Positions 51,382-60,553 are shown, numbered from the stretch's first letter. The stretch: DNA of 64,000 nucleotides from an uncultured Christensenellaceae bacterium (GCA_944376795.1 CALWDW010000039.1:71917-135916); one strand, 5' to 3'. Translations and numbers: made by a program. Notes: generated by a model not told the origin, from the letters alone.

Positions 51382-52866
51382 CTATGCAAAGGGGTTCTCA
51401 TCCTTGTAGAGCATGCCCTTGGGCTGGTTGAAGGCGACGTCCTCCACGCCCAGGAGCTTCATGGCGGCGAAGAGCACCTTGCCTACGTGGGCGAAGGCCA
51501 CCGCGCCGTGATGGGGATAGTGCTTGGCAATGAGCACGTGGCGGTAGAAGCGGGCCATCTCCGGGATGGCGAAGATGCCAATGCCGCCAAAGGAGCGGGT
51601 CGCCACGTCCAGGATCTCGCCCTGGGCCACATAGCTGTGGAGGGTGGTGTCCGCCGCGCTCTGCAGACGGAAGAAGGTGATGCCGCCGGCCTTGATGTCG
51701 CCCTCCAAAGTGCCGCGGGTGATGTTGGGCTCGGAATCGGGCTCCAGGGAGCGCTTCATAATCAGCTGGTACTTCATCTCCGGGGTCCGCAGGTGGCAGA
51801 TGGGGGTATTGCCGCAGTGGAAGCCCATGAAGGTGTCGCAGAGCTTGTAGTCGGTCTTGCCCTTGATCTCGGCATCGTAGATCTCGGCGGGAACGGTGTT
51901 GTTGATATCCAAGAGGGTGGGAGCGATCTCGGTGGCGCAGGCGATGATGTATTCGCTGACGGCGCCATAGATGTCCACCTCGCAGCTGACGGGCATGAGC
52001 CGGCTGGTCAGGCGGCTGTTGACGTAGCAGGGCACGAAACCACACTGGGTCTGGAAGGAGGGCCAACATTTGTTGGCGAAGACCACGTAGTCGGCGGCGC
52101 CCTTGTGAGACTCGGCCCAATCCAGCAGCGTCAGCTCATACTGGGCCAGCTTGGGTAGGATACCGGGCATTTTGTTGCCGGCGCCCAGCTCGGCCTCCAT
52201 GTCGCGGATGACATCGGGGATGCGGGGGTCGTCCTTGTGCTCATTGAAGGCGGCGAAGAGATCCAGCTCAGAGTTCTCCTCAATGCTCATGCCCAGGTCA
52301 TACAGGGCCTTGATGGGGGCGTTGCAGGCCAGGAAATCCTGGGGACGGGGGCCGAAGGAGATGACCTTCAGATGCTTGAGTCCGATGATTACCCGGGCGA
52401 TGGGTACGAATTCGGCAATCATGGCGGCGACCTCGCTGGGGACGCCCACAGGATACTCAGGGATGTAAGCGCGGATACCGCGCAAGCTTAGGCTGTAGCT
52501 GGCGTTGAGCATGCCACAGTAGGCATCGCCCCGGCTGGAGGCCAGGGTCTCGATGGTCTCCTCCGCGGCGGCTACGAACATCACCGGGCCGTCGAACTTG
52601 GCGGCCAGCAGAGTTTCGGGGCCTTCGGGGCCAAAGTTGCCCAGGTAGACCACCAGGGCGTTGACACCGGCCTCCTGGACTTCCTGGAGGGCCTTCATGG
52701 CGTCGGTTTCATTCTCGATGATGGTTTGGGCCTCGTAAATGGCGCCGCCGGCCTTGGTCAGGGCCTCCACCACGGCGGCACGGCGGGATTTGGACAGAGA
52801 GATGGGGAAGCAGTCGCGGCTTACGGCCACGATACCCATTTTAACCACGGGGATATTGGAAATCAT
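51382..52866 (-). CDS. L-fucose isomerase-family sugar isomerase (FucI/AraA-like)
   Basis: 494 aa. 'KMGIVAVSRDCFP', 'NALVVYLGNFGPE', 'SCEVDIYGAVSEYI' and 'LLDINNTVP' resemble the FucI-like family. Has its own terminator at 51331..51366. Confidence 0.78.
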   Translation of the reverse strand: MISNIPVVKMGIVAVSRDCFPISLSKSRRAAVVEALTKAGGAIYEAQTIIENETDAMKALQEVQEAGVNALVVYLGNFGPEGPETLLAAKFDGPVMFVAAAEETIETLASSRGDAYCGMLNASYSLSLRGIRAYIPEYPVGVPSEVAAMIAEFVPIARVIIGLKHLKVISFGPRPQDFLACNAPIKALYDLGMSIEENSELDLFAAFNEHKDDPRIPDVIRDMEAELGAGNKMPGILPKLAQYELTLLDWAESHKGAADYVVFANKCWPSFQTQCGFVPCYVNSRLTSRLMPVSCEVDIYGAVSEYIIACATEIAPTLLDINNTVPAEIYDAEIKGKTDYKLCDTFMGFHCGNTPICHLRTPEMKYQLIMKRSLEPDSEPNITRGTLEGDIKAGGITFFRLQSAADTTLHSYVAQGEILDVATRSFGGIGIFAIPEMARFYRHVLIAKHYPHHGAVAFAHVGKVLFAAMKLLGVEDVAFNQPKGMLYKDENPFA

Positions 52867-53016
52867 CGGTCCAGTCTCCTTTCAGATTGACATAACCTTA
52901 TTATGAGTATGGGCATAACCTCATGCATACCAATTTTACCATGTTTGCCGCTGCCTTTCAATAGACGAAAAGACGGCAAACTGCTTTCCGGAAAAAAGAG
53001 GGGCGGCGGAGCGGGA

Positions 53017-54135
53017 TTACCGCCAGGGGAATTCAATGGGCTGGGGAATGGTCAGCTGGGTATAGCAGCGCAGGGCGAAGTTGTCGGTCATGCCGGCCAG
53101 GTAATCCACGACCCGGCGGCTCCGGCCGGCGTGTTCGGCGGCGTAAACCTCCTGCAGCTCCCGGGACTGCTGGATGTAGCGCTGCTCGAATTCCAGGGGC
53201 TCCCGGCTGCGGACTTCCTGATAGGAGTCTAATTCCATCAGATGCTCATACAGCGCCCGAAGAATGCGGTCACAGTAGGCCTCGTATTCCTGAATTCGGA
53301 TATGGCGGTAAATGCTGCGGACGTTGAAGTCATAAAGTTCCAAGAAAAGCGCGTGTTTGGCATCGGAAAACCCGATCTTTCCCTGGAGGGCAGCGTTTTC
53401 AATGAGATCCAGCACCAGGGTATTGATGATATGGCCGTTGCTGTCTCCCAGCTCTTTGCGGATTTCAGGGGGCACATCGCTCTCACGGACAAATTCGGCA
53501 AGCAGGGCATCCTCCAGGTCCCGCCCCAGGTAGGCAATTTTGTCGCAGAGGCGCACGATGCAGCCTTCCCAGGTGGCGGGGAGACGATGGGGATCGTGCT
53601 GCTTGTCCTCTGGGAGCCGGGGGACGGATTCAGGGACCAAATACTGCTCAAACCGCTCTCCATTGTGACAGAGGATGGCGTCCCGTACGCCACGGGTCAG
53701 GTTCAGGCCGCGGCCATGGTTTTCCAGAAGATTGAGCACCCGAAGACTGTGAGATTCGTGAGAGAAGGCGGCGCCGGAGGGCTTGAGCAGCTCATTGAGC
53801 ACCCTCTCTCCCGTGTGACCAAAGGGGGCATGGCCGATATCGTGTCCCAGTCCCGCTGCGTAGGCCAGCTCGGTATCCAGCTGCCAGCCCCGCTTGTTCA
53901 AGCCGCGGCAGATGGTGGCGGCGATGGTGGCCACATGCAGGACGTGCTCGATGCGGGTGCAGACGTGGTCGTTCTCCGGGGCGAAGAATACCTGGGTCTT
54001 GTGCTTCAGCCGGCGGAATGAATTGCTGTGGATGATGGCCGTCTGGTCACGGAAATAGGGGCCGCGGACGTCCTCCTGGCGGGGCCGCAGCCGCGTGTCA
54101 CATGCTGCGGGATCAAGCGGAGCCCTGGGGGGCAT
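53017..54135 (-). CDS. dGTPase-like HD-domain triphosphohydrolase
   Basis: 'FRDQTAIIHSNSFRRLKHKTQVF...DHVCTRIEHVLHV...GLGHDIGHAPFGHTGE' and C-terminal 'DYLAGMTDNFA'. 372 aa. Confidence 0.88.
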   Translation of the reverse strand: MPPRAPLDPAACDTRLRPRQEDVRGPYFRDQTAIIHSNSFRRLKHKTQVFFAPENDHVCTRIEHVLHVATIAATICRGLNKRGWQLDTELAYAAGLGHDIGHAPFGHTGERVLNELLKPSGAAFSHESHSLRVLNLLENHGRGLNLTRGVRDAILCHNGERFEQYLVPESVPRLPEDKQHDPHRLPATWEGCIVRLCDKIAYLGRDLEDALLAEFVRESDVPPEIRKELGDSNGHIINTLVLDLIENAALQGKIGFSDAKHALFLELYDFNVRSIYRHIRIQEYEAYCDRILRALYEHLMELDSYQEVRSREPLEFEQRYIQQSRELQEVYAAEHAGRSRRVVDYLAGMTDNFALRCYTQLTIPQPIEFPWR

Positions 54136-54316
54136 GGAATCACCTCCTGAAGCCTTTTGCCTTTAGTATATAGCATATTCTGAGCCTTTCGCAACGGAGA
54201 AGTCCCCAAATCCTCAAGGAAATCCATGGCGGTGGGGGAAGGGGCGCGGTATAATAGGGCAAAAGAGCCGGGGCGCGGGAGCAGGTGCCCGAACTGCGGC
54301 GTGGGAGGGAGGTATT

Positions 54317-56272
54317 ATGATGCGCTATGCAATGGATCCGCGCGGCGCAGCGCAGGAAGGCCTTGTCCTATGGAGAAACCTGGAAGAGGCGGCGCCGGCG
54401 CTGAAACCGGGGGACTGCGTGGTGCTGGCGCCGGGCTGCGGCCACGCTCCGGCCGTTCTCAGTGGGTTGCAGGGACAGCCAGAGGCTCCGATTACCATCA
54501 TGGCCGAAGAGCCCGGGACGGCATGGATTGATGGCGGCGCAGGGAATGGCTTGGTGCTGCGGGACTGTGCCTACATTCGGGTTGTTGGCCTGGTCAGCCG
54601 CGGTGCGGGGCGTAAGTACCATAACCAGGGGGGCATCGGCTTCCTGCTGGAGGACTGTGAGAATATACTGATCCAGGACTGTACGGCAGAGGGCTACCAA
54701 CATGCCGGCGTCTCCGTGCGCGGCGGAGCCTACAACCGGCTGGTGGGCGTTACGGCCCGGGATAATGGCGGCTGCGGTATCATTAGCGAGCCCTCTTCCC
54801 GGGGATACGGCCGGTTTTTGACCGTATCCCGCTGCCGGGCGCTGAACAATCCCGGCGACCCTACCGTGCGCACCAACCACAGCGGCAATGGCATCCTGCT
54901 TATGGCCGTGGAGGATGCCCGAGTGGAGTACTGCGAAGCCGCCTACAATGGCTGGGACATGAACAACGACAACTTTAACGGGCCGGTAGGGATCTGGACG
55001 GCCTGCCATGCCCACCGGGTGGTGATCGATCACTGCATCAGCCACGACAACCGCACCCAGTGGGGGAAGACCGACGGCGGCGGCTTTGATTTTGATGGCG
55101 GGACCTGCGACTGCGTGATCCAGTATTGCTATTCCTATAACAATGACGGCTGCGGCTACCTGGTCTGCCAGTACACCGGTGGGGACGCGATGGTGCATAA
55201 TACCGTGCGGTTCTCGGTGTCCTATAACGATGGCCGCGCATACCATCGGTGCAGCGTATGCTGCGCCGACGGCGGTGGGCCCAATCCCGCGCATACCGCT
55301 TATCTGTACCACAATTTTTTCTACAATTCCCAGGGAAGGGATATTGTCTCCGGCCACTATGACCACACCGTGTTCCTCCAAAACCGCATGGAACTGGAGG
55401 GCGGAGGGAATTTCTTGCAGGAATTGGCCCCGGAAAGACCCGGGAAGGCAACCATTTTGAAGGGGAAACCGTGCCAGCCCATGACGTTTTACGGCAATTC
55501 CTACATGGATTGGGACGAAAGGTCGAGCTACGCCGCGTACTATTCGCTGGAGGCTTGGAGCCAAGGCACCGGACAGGAACGGGTGGGAGAGCGCTGCATC
55601 GGCATGGCCCTGCCCATGGGGGCACGGACCGACTGCCCGCCCTTGGAGGATCCTAAGGCATTGGATGCGCTGCTGCCCCGGATGCTGGGGGCCTTGTGGA
55701 TGGAGCCCAAGGCCATCGGCGCCGTGCTGGAGACGGAGCGCCTTCTGCTGCGGCCCTTTACCGTGTCTGATTTGGGCGCCTTTGTTTCGCTGTTGGAGAT
55801 TCCGGAGGTTCCCGGTTGGCAGATGCAGCGGGATCGGGCGGGGGATTTCCTGCGCTGGCAGATCCAGAATTATGACGCGATGGATATCATCCACGGCACG
55901 GTCTGCCTGGGGATCTTTGACAAGGAGACCGGTGTACTGCTGGGGGCGGTCGGAGCCGGGGAGCATGATGACCTCCACGAAACGGAGATCTTTTACAGCC
56001 TCCTGCCCCAGGCCCGGGGGAAGGGCTATGCCCGGGAGGCTGCCGCCGCGGTCACCCAGTGGGCGCTGGATACTTATGCCATTCCCTATGTCATTGGTAC
56101 GGCGGATGCGGACAACCTGCCCTCCCAGCGCGTGCTAGAGGCCTGTGGGTTCGAGTTTTGGCAGGAGCGGGATCTGACTGTGCATATTCTGGGAGAGCGG
56201 CAGCGGTTCCGTTGCTACCGCCGGTTTCGTACAAAGACACCCCAAGGAGTTCCGTCCTCGAATGAGGATTAG
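54317..56272 (+). CDS. Fusion protein: N-terminal right-handed parallel beta-helix (pectin-lyase-fold) domain plus C-terminal GNAT (RimJ/RimL-like) acetyltransferase
   Basis: Residues ~60-330 show beta-helix-type repeats ('LVLRDCAYIRVVGL', 'FLLEDCENILIQDCTAEG', 'RLVGVTARDNGGCGI', 'VVIDHCISHDN', 'CVIQYCYSYNNDGCG'). Residues ~470-640 read 'ETERLLLRPFTVSDLGAF...QARGKGYAREAAAAVTQWAL...NLPSQRVLEACGF'. No signal peptide. RBS GGGAGGGAGG. Confidence 0.8.
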   Translation: MMRYAMDPRGAAQEGLVLWRNLEEAAPALKPGDCVVLAPGCGHAPAVLSGLQGQPEAPITIMAEEPGTAWIDGGAGNGLVLRDCAYIRVVGLVSRGAGRKYHNQGGIGFLLEDCENILIQDCTAEGYQHAGVSVRGGAYNRLVGVTARDNGGCGIISEPSSRGYGRFLTVSRCRALNNPGDPTVRTNHSGNGILLMAVEDARVEYCEAAYNGWDMNNDNFNGPVGIWTACHAHRVVIDHCISHDNRTQWGKTDGGGFDFDGGTCDCVIQYCYSYNNDGCGYLVCQYTGGDAMVHNTVRFSVSYNDGRAYHRCSVCCADGGGPNPAHTAYLYHNFFYNSQGRDIVSGHYDHTVFLQNRMELEGGGNFLQELAPERPGKATILKGKPCQPMTFYGNSYMDWDERSSYAAYYSLEAWSQGTGQERVGERCIGMALPMGARTDCPPLEDPKALDALLPRMLGALWMEPKAIGAVLETERLLLRPFTVSDLGAFVSLLEIPEVPGWQMQRDRAGDFLRWQIQNYDAMDIIHGTVCLGIFDKETGVLLGAVGAGEHDDLHETEIFYSLLPQARGKGYAREAAAAVTQWALDTYAIPYVIGTADADNLPSQRVLEACGFEFWQERDLTVHILGERQRFRCYRRFRTKTPQGVPSSNED

Positions 56273-56275
56273 CTC

Positions 56276-56304
56276 TTCCCTTTGCATGGGGTTTATTGTA
56301 TAAT
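56276..56304 (+). promoter_or_regulatory. Candidate promoter for the TIM-barrel / 2x GFO operon
   Basis: TATAAT at 56299..56304, about 28 nt upstream of ATG 56332. The -35 (TTCCCT) is weak. Confidence 0.4.
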
Positions 56305-56331
56305 GTTCCCATCCAAAAAAGGAGGAATTGC

Positions 56332-57186
56332 ATGAGCACTTTCATTCTGAGCGCCTTTGCCGACGAGGGTGGCGATGCCCTGGAACAGCAAATCCGCGTA
56401 CTGGAGCAGTATGGGATCGGTTTTGTGGAATTCCGCTCGGCTGACGGGAAGAACATAAGTCAATATACGCTCAAGGAGGGGGCGGAAGCCGCCCAGAAGC
56501 TCCGGGACCGTGGAATCGGTATTTCCGCATTGGGTTCGCCCATCGGAAAAATCTTTATTACCGATGACTTTGCTCCGCATTTGAAGGAGTTCCGTCATGT
56601 GGTGGAGCTGGCCCAGGAAATGGAGGCGCCTTACATCCGCATGTTCAGCTTCTACACCCCCGACGGGGCCGATCCTGCCGCCTATCGCGGCCAAGTGATC
56701 GACCAGCTGGGGCAGATGGTGGACGCGGCGGCCGGCTCGGGGATTACTTTGCTTCACGAGAATGAGAAGGGAATTTACGGCGACATTCCGGAGCGTTGCC
56801 TGGATATTCTGACCGCTATTGACAGCCCGATGTTCCGGGCCACCTACGACTTTTCCAACTTTGTGCAGTGCGGCGTGGACAATGATGCGGCCTATGCCAT
56901 GCTCAAGCCTTATATCGAATACGTGCATCTGAAGGATTCGGTCTACTCGGACGGCCCCGCCCAGCGGGACCTGGGACGGCAGGTGACGGGCAATGTCCAC
57001 CGTCCCATCGGCTTGGGGGATGGGAAGGTGGAGAAGATCCTTACCGATCTGTGGCATTCGGGCTTTGAGGGCTTTGTCAGCGTCGAACCCCACTTGGGTG
57101 AGGAATATGGGGAGACCAGCGAAGCCCGCTTTGGGGCTGCGGCTTCTGCCGCCAAGTCCCTGCTGGACAGAGTTACCAAGGGTTAA
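56332..57186 (+). CDS. Xylose-isomerase-like TIM-barrel protein (sugar phosphate isomerase/epimerase family)
   Basis: 285 aa. 'GFVEFRS', 'YIRMFSF', 'LLHENEKGIYG' and 'VHLKD...VSVEPH' are the typical AP_endonuc_2 pattern. AAAAAGGAGGA precedes ATG 56332. Confidence 0.85.
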   Translation: MSTFILSAFADEGGDALEQQIRVLEQYGIGFVEFRSADGKNISQYTLKEGAEAAQKLRDRGIGISALGSPIGKIFITDDFAPHLKEFRHVVELAQEMEAPYIRMFSFYTPDGADPAAYRGQVIDQLGQMVDAAAGSGITLLHENEKGIYGDIPERCLDILTAIDSPMFRATYDFSNFVQCGVDNDAAYAMLKPYIEYVHLKDSVYSDGPAQRDLGRQVTGNVHRPIGLGDGKVEKILTDLWHSGFEGFVSVEPHLGEEYGETSEARFGAAASAAKSLLDRVTKG

Positions 57187-57222
57187 ACGGGCGCTGCCGC
57201 CCGAAGCAATAGGAGGAATAGC

Positions 57223-58293
57223 ATGAAAAAGATTCGCTGCGCCGTGGTGGGATTGGGCGCCATTGGCCCCACCCACATTAAGTCGATTCAGGAGATCGAG
57301 AACGCTGAACTCTATGCCGTGTGCGACATCGTGCCCGAAAAGGCCGAAAAATATGCCGCCGAGAACGGCTGCAAGGCCTTTACCGACTTTGACACCATGC
57401 TCCAGGATCCGGCCATCGATTTGGTGCATATCTGCCTGCCCAGCGGCATGCACGCCGACTTCGGCATCCGTGCCGCCAAGGCGGGGAAGAACGTGCTGGT
57501 GGAAAAGCCCATTGACGTTACCCTGGAGGCCGCCGACCGGCTCATCCGGGCCTGCCATGAGGCGGGTGTGGTGCTTTCCTGCATTTCTCAGCACCGTTTT
57601 GATCCCGATATCGCACAGGCGAAGGCTGACATTGATGCTGGGAAGCTGGGTCGCATCGTATTCGGTGGATCTCACACCAAGTGGTACCGTTCCCAGGAAT
57701 ACTATGATTCCGGCGACTGGCGCGGCACCTGGGAGCTGGACGGCGGCGGCGCGCTGATGAACCAGTCGGTACACTATGTGGATATGGTACAGTTCCTGGC
57801 CGGTCCTGTGGTGGAGGTCTCCGCCCAGACGGCGTGCCTGGCCCATGAGCGCATCGAGGTAGAGGACGTGGCCGTGGCAACCCTGAAGTTCGAGAACGGG
57901 GCCCTGGGCCTATTGGAAGGCAACACCGCCGCATTCCCCGGCTTCGTGACCCGGCTGGATATCTACGGCACCGATGGCTCCATTATCATCGAGGACAATA
58001 AGTTCAAGGAATATGTCACCCGGGACGATGTGGTGGGCTCCAACTTCTACACCCCTGAGGTGAAGAAGAAGGAACTGGGCGCAGATGCGCCCAAGGAGAA
58101 GACCGGCGCTTCCTCTGCGGCCATCACCAACAATGCCCATGCCAGCCAGATTCAGGATGTGGTCAATGCCATTCTGGAAGGACGGGAACCTGCCGTGACC
58201 GGCGAGAAGGCCCGCGCGCCGCTGGCCATCATCCTGGCCGTTTACGAGTCGGCCCGCAACGGCGGCAAGCCTGTCAAGGTGAACCAGGGCTGA
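57223..58293 (+). CDS. Gfo/Idh/MocA-family NAD(P)-dependent oxidoreductase
   Basis: 'IRCAVVGLGAIGPTH', 'VLVEKPI' and a C-terminal alpha/beta dimerisation domain. 356 aa. Confidence 0.9.
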   Translation: MKKIRCAVVGLGAIGPTHIKSIQEIENAELYAVCDIVPEKAEKYAAENGCKAFTDFDTMLQDPAIDLVHICLPSGMHADFGIRAAKAGKNVLVEKPIDVTLEAADRLIRACHEAGVVLSCISQHRFDPDIAQAKADIDAGKLGRIVFGGSHTKWYRSQEYYDSGDWRGTWELDGGGALMNQSVHYVDMVQFLAGPVVEVSAQTACLAHERIEVEDVAVATLKFENGALGLLEGNTAAFPGFVTRLDIYGTDGSIIIEDNKFKEYVTRDDVVGSNFYTPEVKKKELGADAPKEKTGASSAAITNNAHASQIQDVVNAILEGREPAVTGEKARAPLAIILAVYESARNGGKPVKVNQG

Positions 58294-58308
58294 GAGAGGG
58301 AATACGCC

Positions 58309-59337
58309 ATGAACAGGAGAAAACTCCGAACGGCCTTGCTGGGCTGCGGCGGAATCCATGTCATGCATGCCCAGGCACTGGCCCAGATCGAGGATGTCGA
58401 GCTGGCGGTGGTCTGCGACAACAAAAAGGAGCGGGCGGATGCCTCGGCCGCCCGCTATGGCGCGGAGGCCGCCTACGATATCGATGCCGTCCTTGCCCGG
58501 CCGGATATCGATGTGGTGCATCTCTGCCTGCCCCATTACCTCCACGCTTCGGTGGCGGTGAAGGCCCTTCAGGCGGGAAAGTGGGTGCTCAGCGAAAAAC
58601 CCATGGCGACCTCGCTGGAGGATGCCCAGGCGATGATCGCGGCCGGAGACGCGGTAGGCGGCAAGCTGGGAGTTATCTTCCAGAACCGTTATAACGAATC
58701 TTCACGGGTCATGCGAGAACTGATTGCCTCGGGAAAATTCGGTGCCCTTCGGGGGCTTCGTGGTATGGTGAACTGGGTACGGGACATGGATTACTACAGC
58801 GACGACTGGCACGGACGCAAGGCCCTGGAAGGGGGCGGCGTTATGATGAACCAGGCAATCCATACCCTGGATCTGATGCAGTGGGTCTCCGGCAAGCAGG
58901 CCTTGCGGGTGGCCGGGCACGTAGAGAACCTTTCCCTTCCCATCGAGGTGGAGGATACGGCCGCATTTCGTGTGGAGTTCACGGACGGAGTGGTAGGGAT
59001 CTTCTATGCCACGGTGGCTTACGTAGAGGATATGACCGTTGAATTGGAAGCTGTTCTGGAGGGCGGTACGTTGCTGCTCCGCGGTGATCGCCTCTACCAG
59101 GTGGATGACGATGGGGAATTGCAGCCTCTGGTGACGGCAGCTTTGTTGGATTCTGAGGGAAAGGCCTGCTGGGGTATGGGGCACCAGACCCAGATAGCCG
59201 ATTTCTACCGCTCCATTGGGGAAGGATGCCCCATCGCCATTGATGGACGGCAGGGCTTCCCGGCACTGGCTATTATCCAGACGCTGTATAAGGCGTCGGC
59301 CGCGGGAAAGCCCATGGACATCCCTGCGGTACCGTAA
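58309..59337 (+). CDS. Gfo/Idh/MocA-family NAD(P)-dependent oxidoreductase (second copy)
   Basis: 'LRTALLGCGGIHVMHAQAL' and 'VLSEKPMA'. 342 aa. Lies 15 nt after the previous gene; a terminator follows. Confidence 0.9.
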   Translation: MNRRKLRTALLGCGGIHVMHAQALAQIEDVELAVVCDNKKERADASAARYGAEAAYDIDAVLARPDIDVVHLCLPHYLHASVAVKALQAGKWVLSEKPMATSLEDAQAMIAAGDAVGGKLGVIFQNRYNESSRVMRELIASGKFGALRGLRGMVNWVRDMDYYSDDWHGRKALEGGGVMMNQAIHTLDLMQWVSGKQALRVAGHVENLSLPIEVEDTAAFRVEFTDGVVGIFYATVAYVEDMTVELEAVLEGGTLLLRGDRLYQVDDDGELQPLVTAALLDSEGKACWGMGHQTQIADFYRSIGEGCPIAIDGRQGFPALAIIQTLYKASAAGKPMDIPAVP

Positions 59338-59354
59338 TGACTTTCTAAAACGGG

Positions 59355-59394
59355 AAAGCCCGCTTCATGCATGAGGTATGGAGCGGGCTTTTTT
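59355..59394 (+). terminator. Rho-independent terminator of the TIM-barrel / GFO operon
   Basis: 'aaagcccgct ... agcgggcttt' followed by 'tttt'. Confidence 0.9.
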
Positions 59395-59446
59395 GGAAAG
59401 ATGCTGAAAAGAAGACGGTAAAGCACGGCTATTTTGCTCGTCGGGA

Positions 59447-59475
59447 ACAAAAAACCGGCTGGAGAGTCCAGCCGG
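59447..59475 (-). terminator. Rho-independent terminator of the GT2 gene
   Basis: On the minus strand, 'ccggctgga ctc tccagccgg' is followed by 'ttttttgt'. Confidence 0.85.
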
Positions 59476-59518
59476 CTGAAAATGAATACCCTGCGATACG
59501 TGAAAAGGAGCAGACGCT

Positions 59519-60553
59519 TTAGCGAAGATCCAGGCGGTAATTGAGGGGCCTGGGTCCATAGCACAGGCCAACCCAGAGATAGTAGCTGGTCAAGCCCAGG
59601 GGCAGCGCCAGTATCCACCAGGCTCCCATGGCGGGAATGCCGGCCGTTCCGAGTATGAATTGCAGGGCGCAGGCGGCCAGGGTCAGCACCACGGCGCCGG
59701 CCAAGGCTTTGAACTTTCGTACTCCCGGCACAGAGAAAAGCAAAAAGAGATAGCCTGCCAGCAATCCGATTCCATAAGCCGCCGTAGGTCCCCACCATGT
59801 GGGGAAAGTACTGCGCAGATAGTAGAAGAGCAGAAAGTGCAGGATAGCGGCGATAAAGGGACGTTTGGCGAAGCCGAGAATGGTTTTATAGATCCGAACG
59901 GAATCATGAATGCGGTGAAAATGGCTGGACTTATTGTCATCCAGGTAGAGCGCCTCCATGGGGACCTGGCAGACGGGGATCCCCAAAGACCGCACGGCCA
60001 GCAGCATGGTGTTCTCATACTCGAAGCGTTCGCCGCTGACGGTCATGAGCTGCCGGATTACAGGCTCCGGGAACCCCCGCAGGCCGCATTGGGTATCCCC
60101 GTAGCGGATGCCGGTAATCAGGTAGAAGGCCCCGCGGGTGATGGTATTGCCCAGCAGGTTGGGAAGGGGGACGTTGTCCGCTTCGAAGAACTTGCGTACC
60201 CCCAGAACCAAGCAGTCCGGGTGCTCCAGCATCTGCTGGGCCACACTGTTGATAGCGGCGATGGGGTGCTGCCCATCGGCATCGCAAACGATGACGCCGT
60301 TTTGCGCCATTTTTCTGCAGAGAATCTCATTGAAGCCGGTTTTCATTGCTCGGCCCTTGCCACAGTTAACACTGTGGCGAAGCAGCAGGATATCCTCCTG
60401 CTGGGCTACCCAGTCAAAAATGGCCCAGCAATCGGGCCGGCTTCCATCATCCACGACGACAAACTGCGTATATCCGGCTTCGCGCAGATTCCGAATGGTT
60501 TGCTGGAGTTTTTCATCGGGATTGTAAGCCGGGATCAGTATGGTGGGAACCAT
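59519..60553 (-). CDS. GT2-family glycosyltransferase with a C-terminal polytopic membrane region (GtrB/CsbB-like)
   Basis: 'ILIPAYNPDEKL', 'VVVDDGS', 'VCDADGQHP' and 'DTQCGLRGF', then about 4 TM helices. GGAGGTAG precedes ATG 60553. Confidence 0.85.
   Translation of the reverse strand: MVPTILIPAYNPDEKLQQTIRNLREAGYTQFVVVDDGSRPDCWAIFDWVAQQEDILLLRHSVNCGKGRAMKTGFNEILCRKMAQNGVIVCDADGQHPIAAINSVAQQMLEHPDCLVLGVRKFFEADNVPLPNLLGNTITRGAFYLITGIRYGDTQCGLRGFPEPVIRQLMTVSGERFEYENTMLLAVRSLGIPVCQVPMEALYLDDNKSSHFHRIHDSVRIYKTILGFAKRPFIAAILHFLLFYYLRSTFPTWWGPTAAYGIGLLAGYLFLLFSVPGVRKFKALAGAVVLTLAACALQFILGTAGIPAMGAWWILALPLGLTSYYLWVGLCYGPRPLNYRLDLR

Noticed and set aside
53017-54135. The dGTPase-like HD protein considered as an anti-phage dNTP-depletion defence gene.
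   Set aside because: Its size and motifs match the ordinary housekeeping Dgt-like family common in Firmicutes. No other defence genes, mobile-element genes or compositional anomaly surround it.
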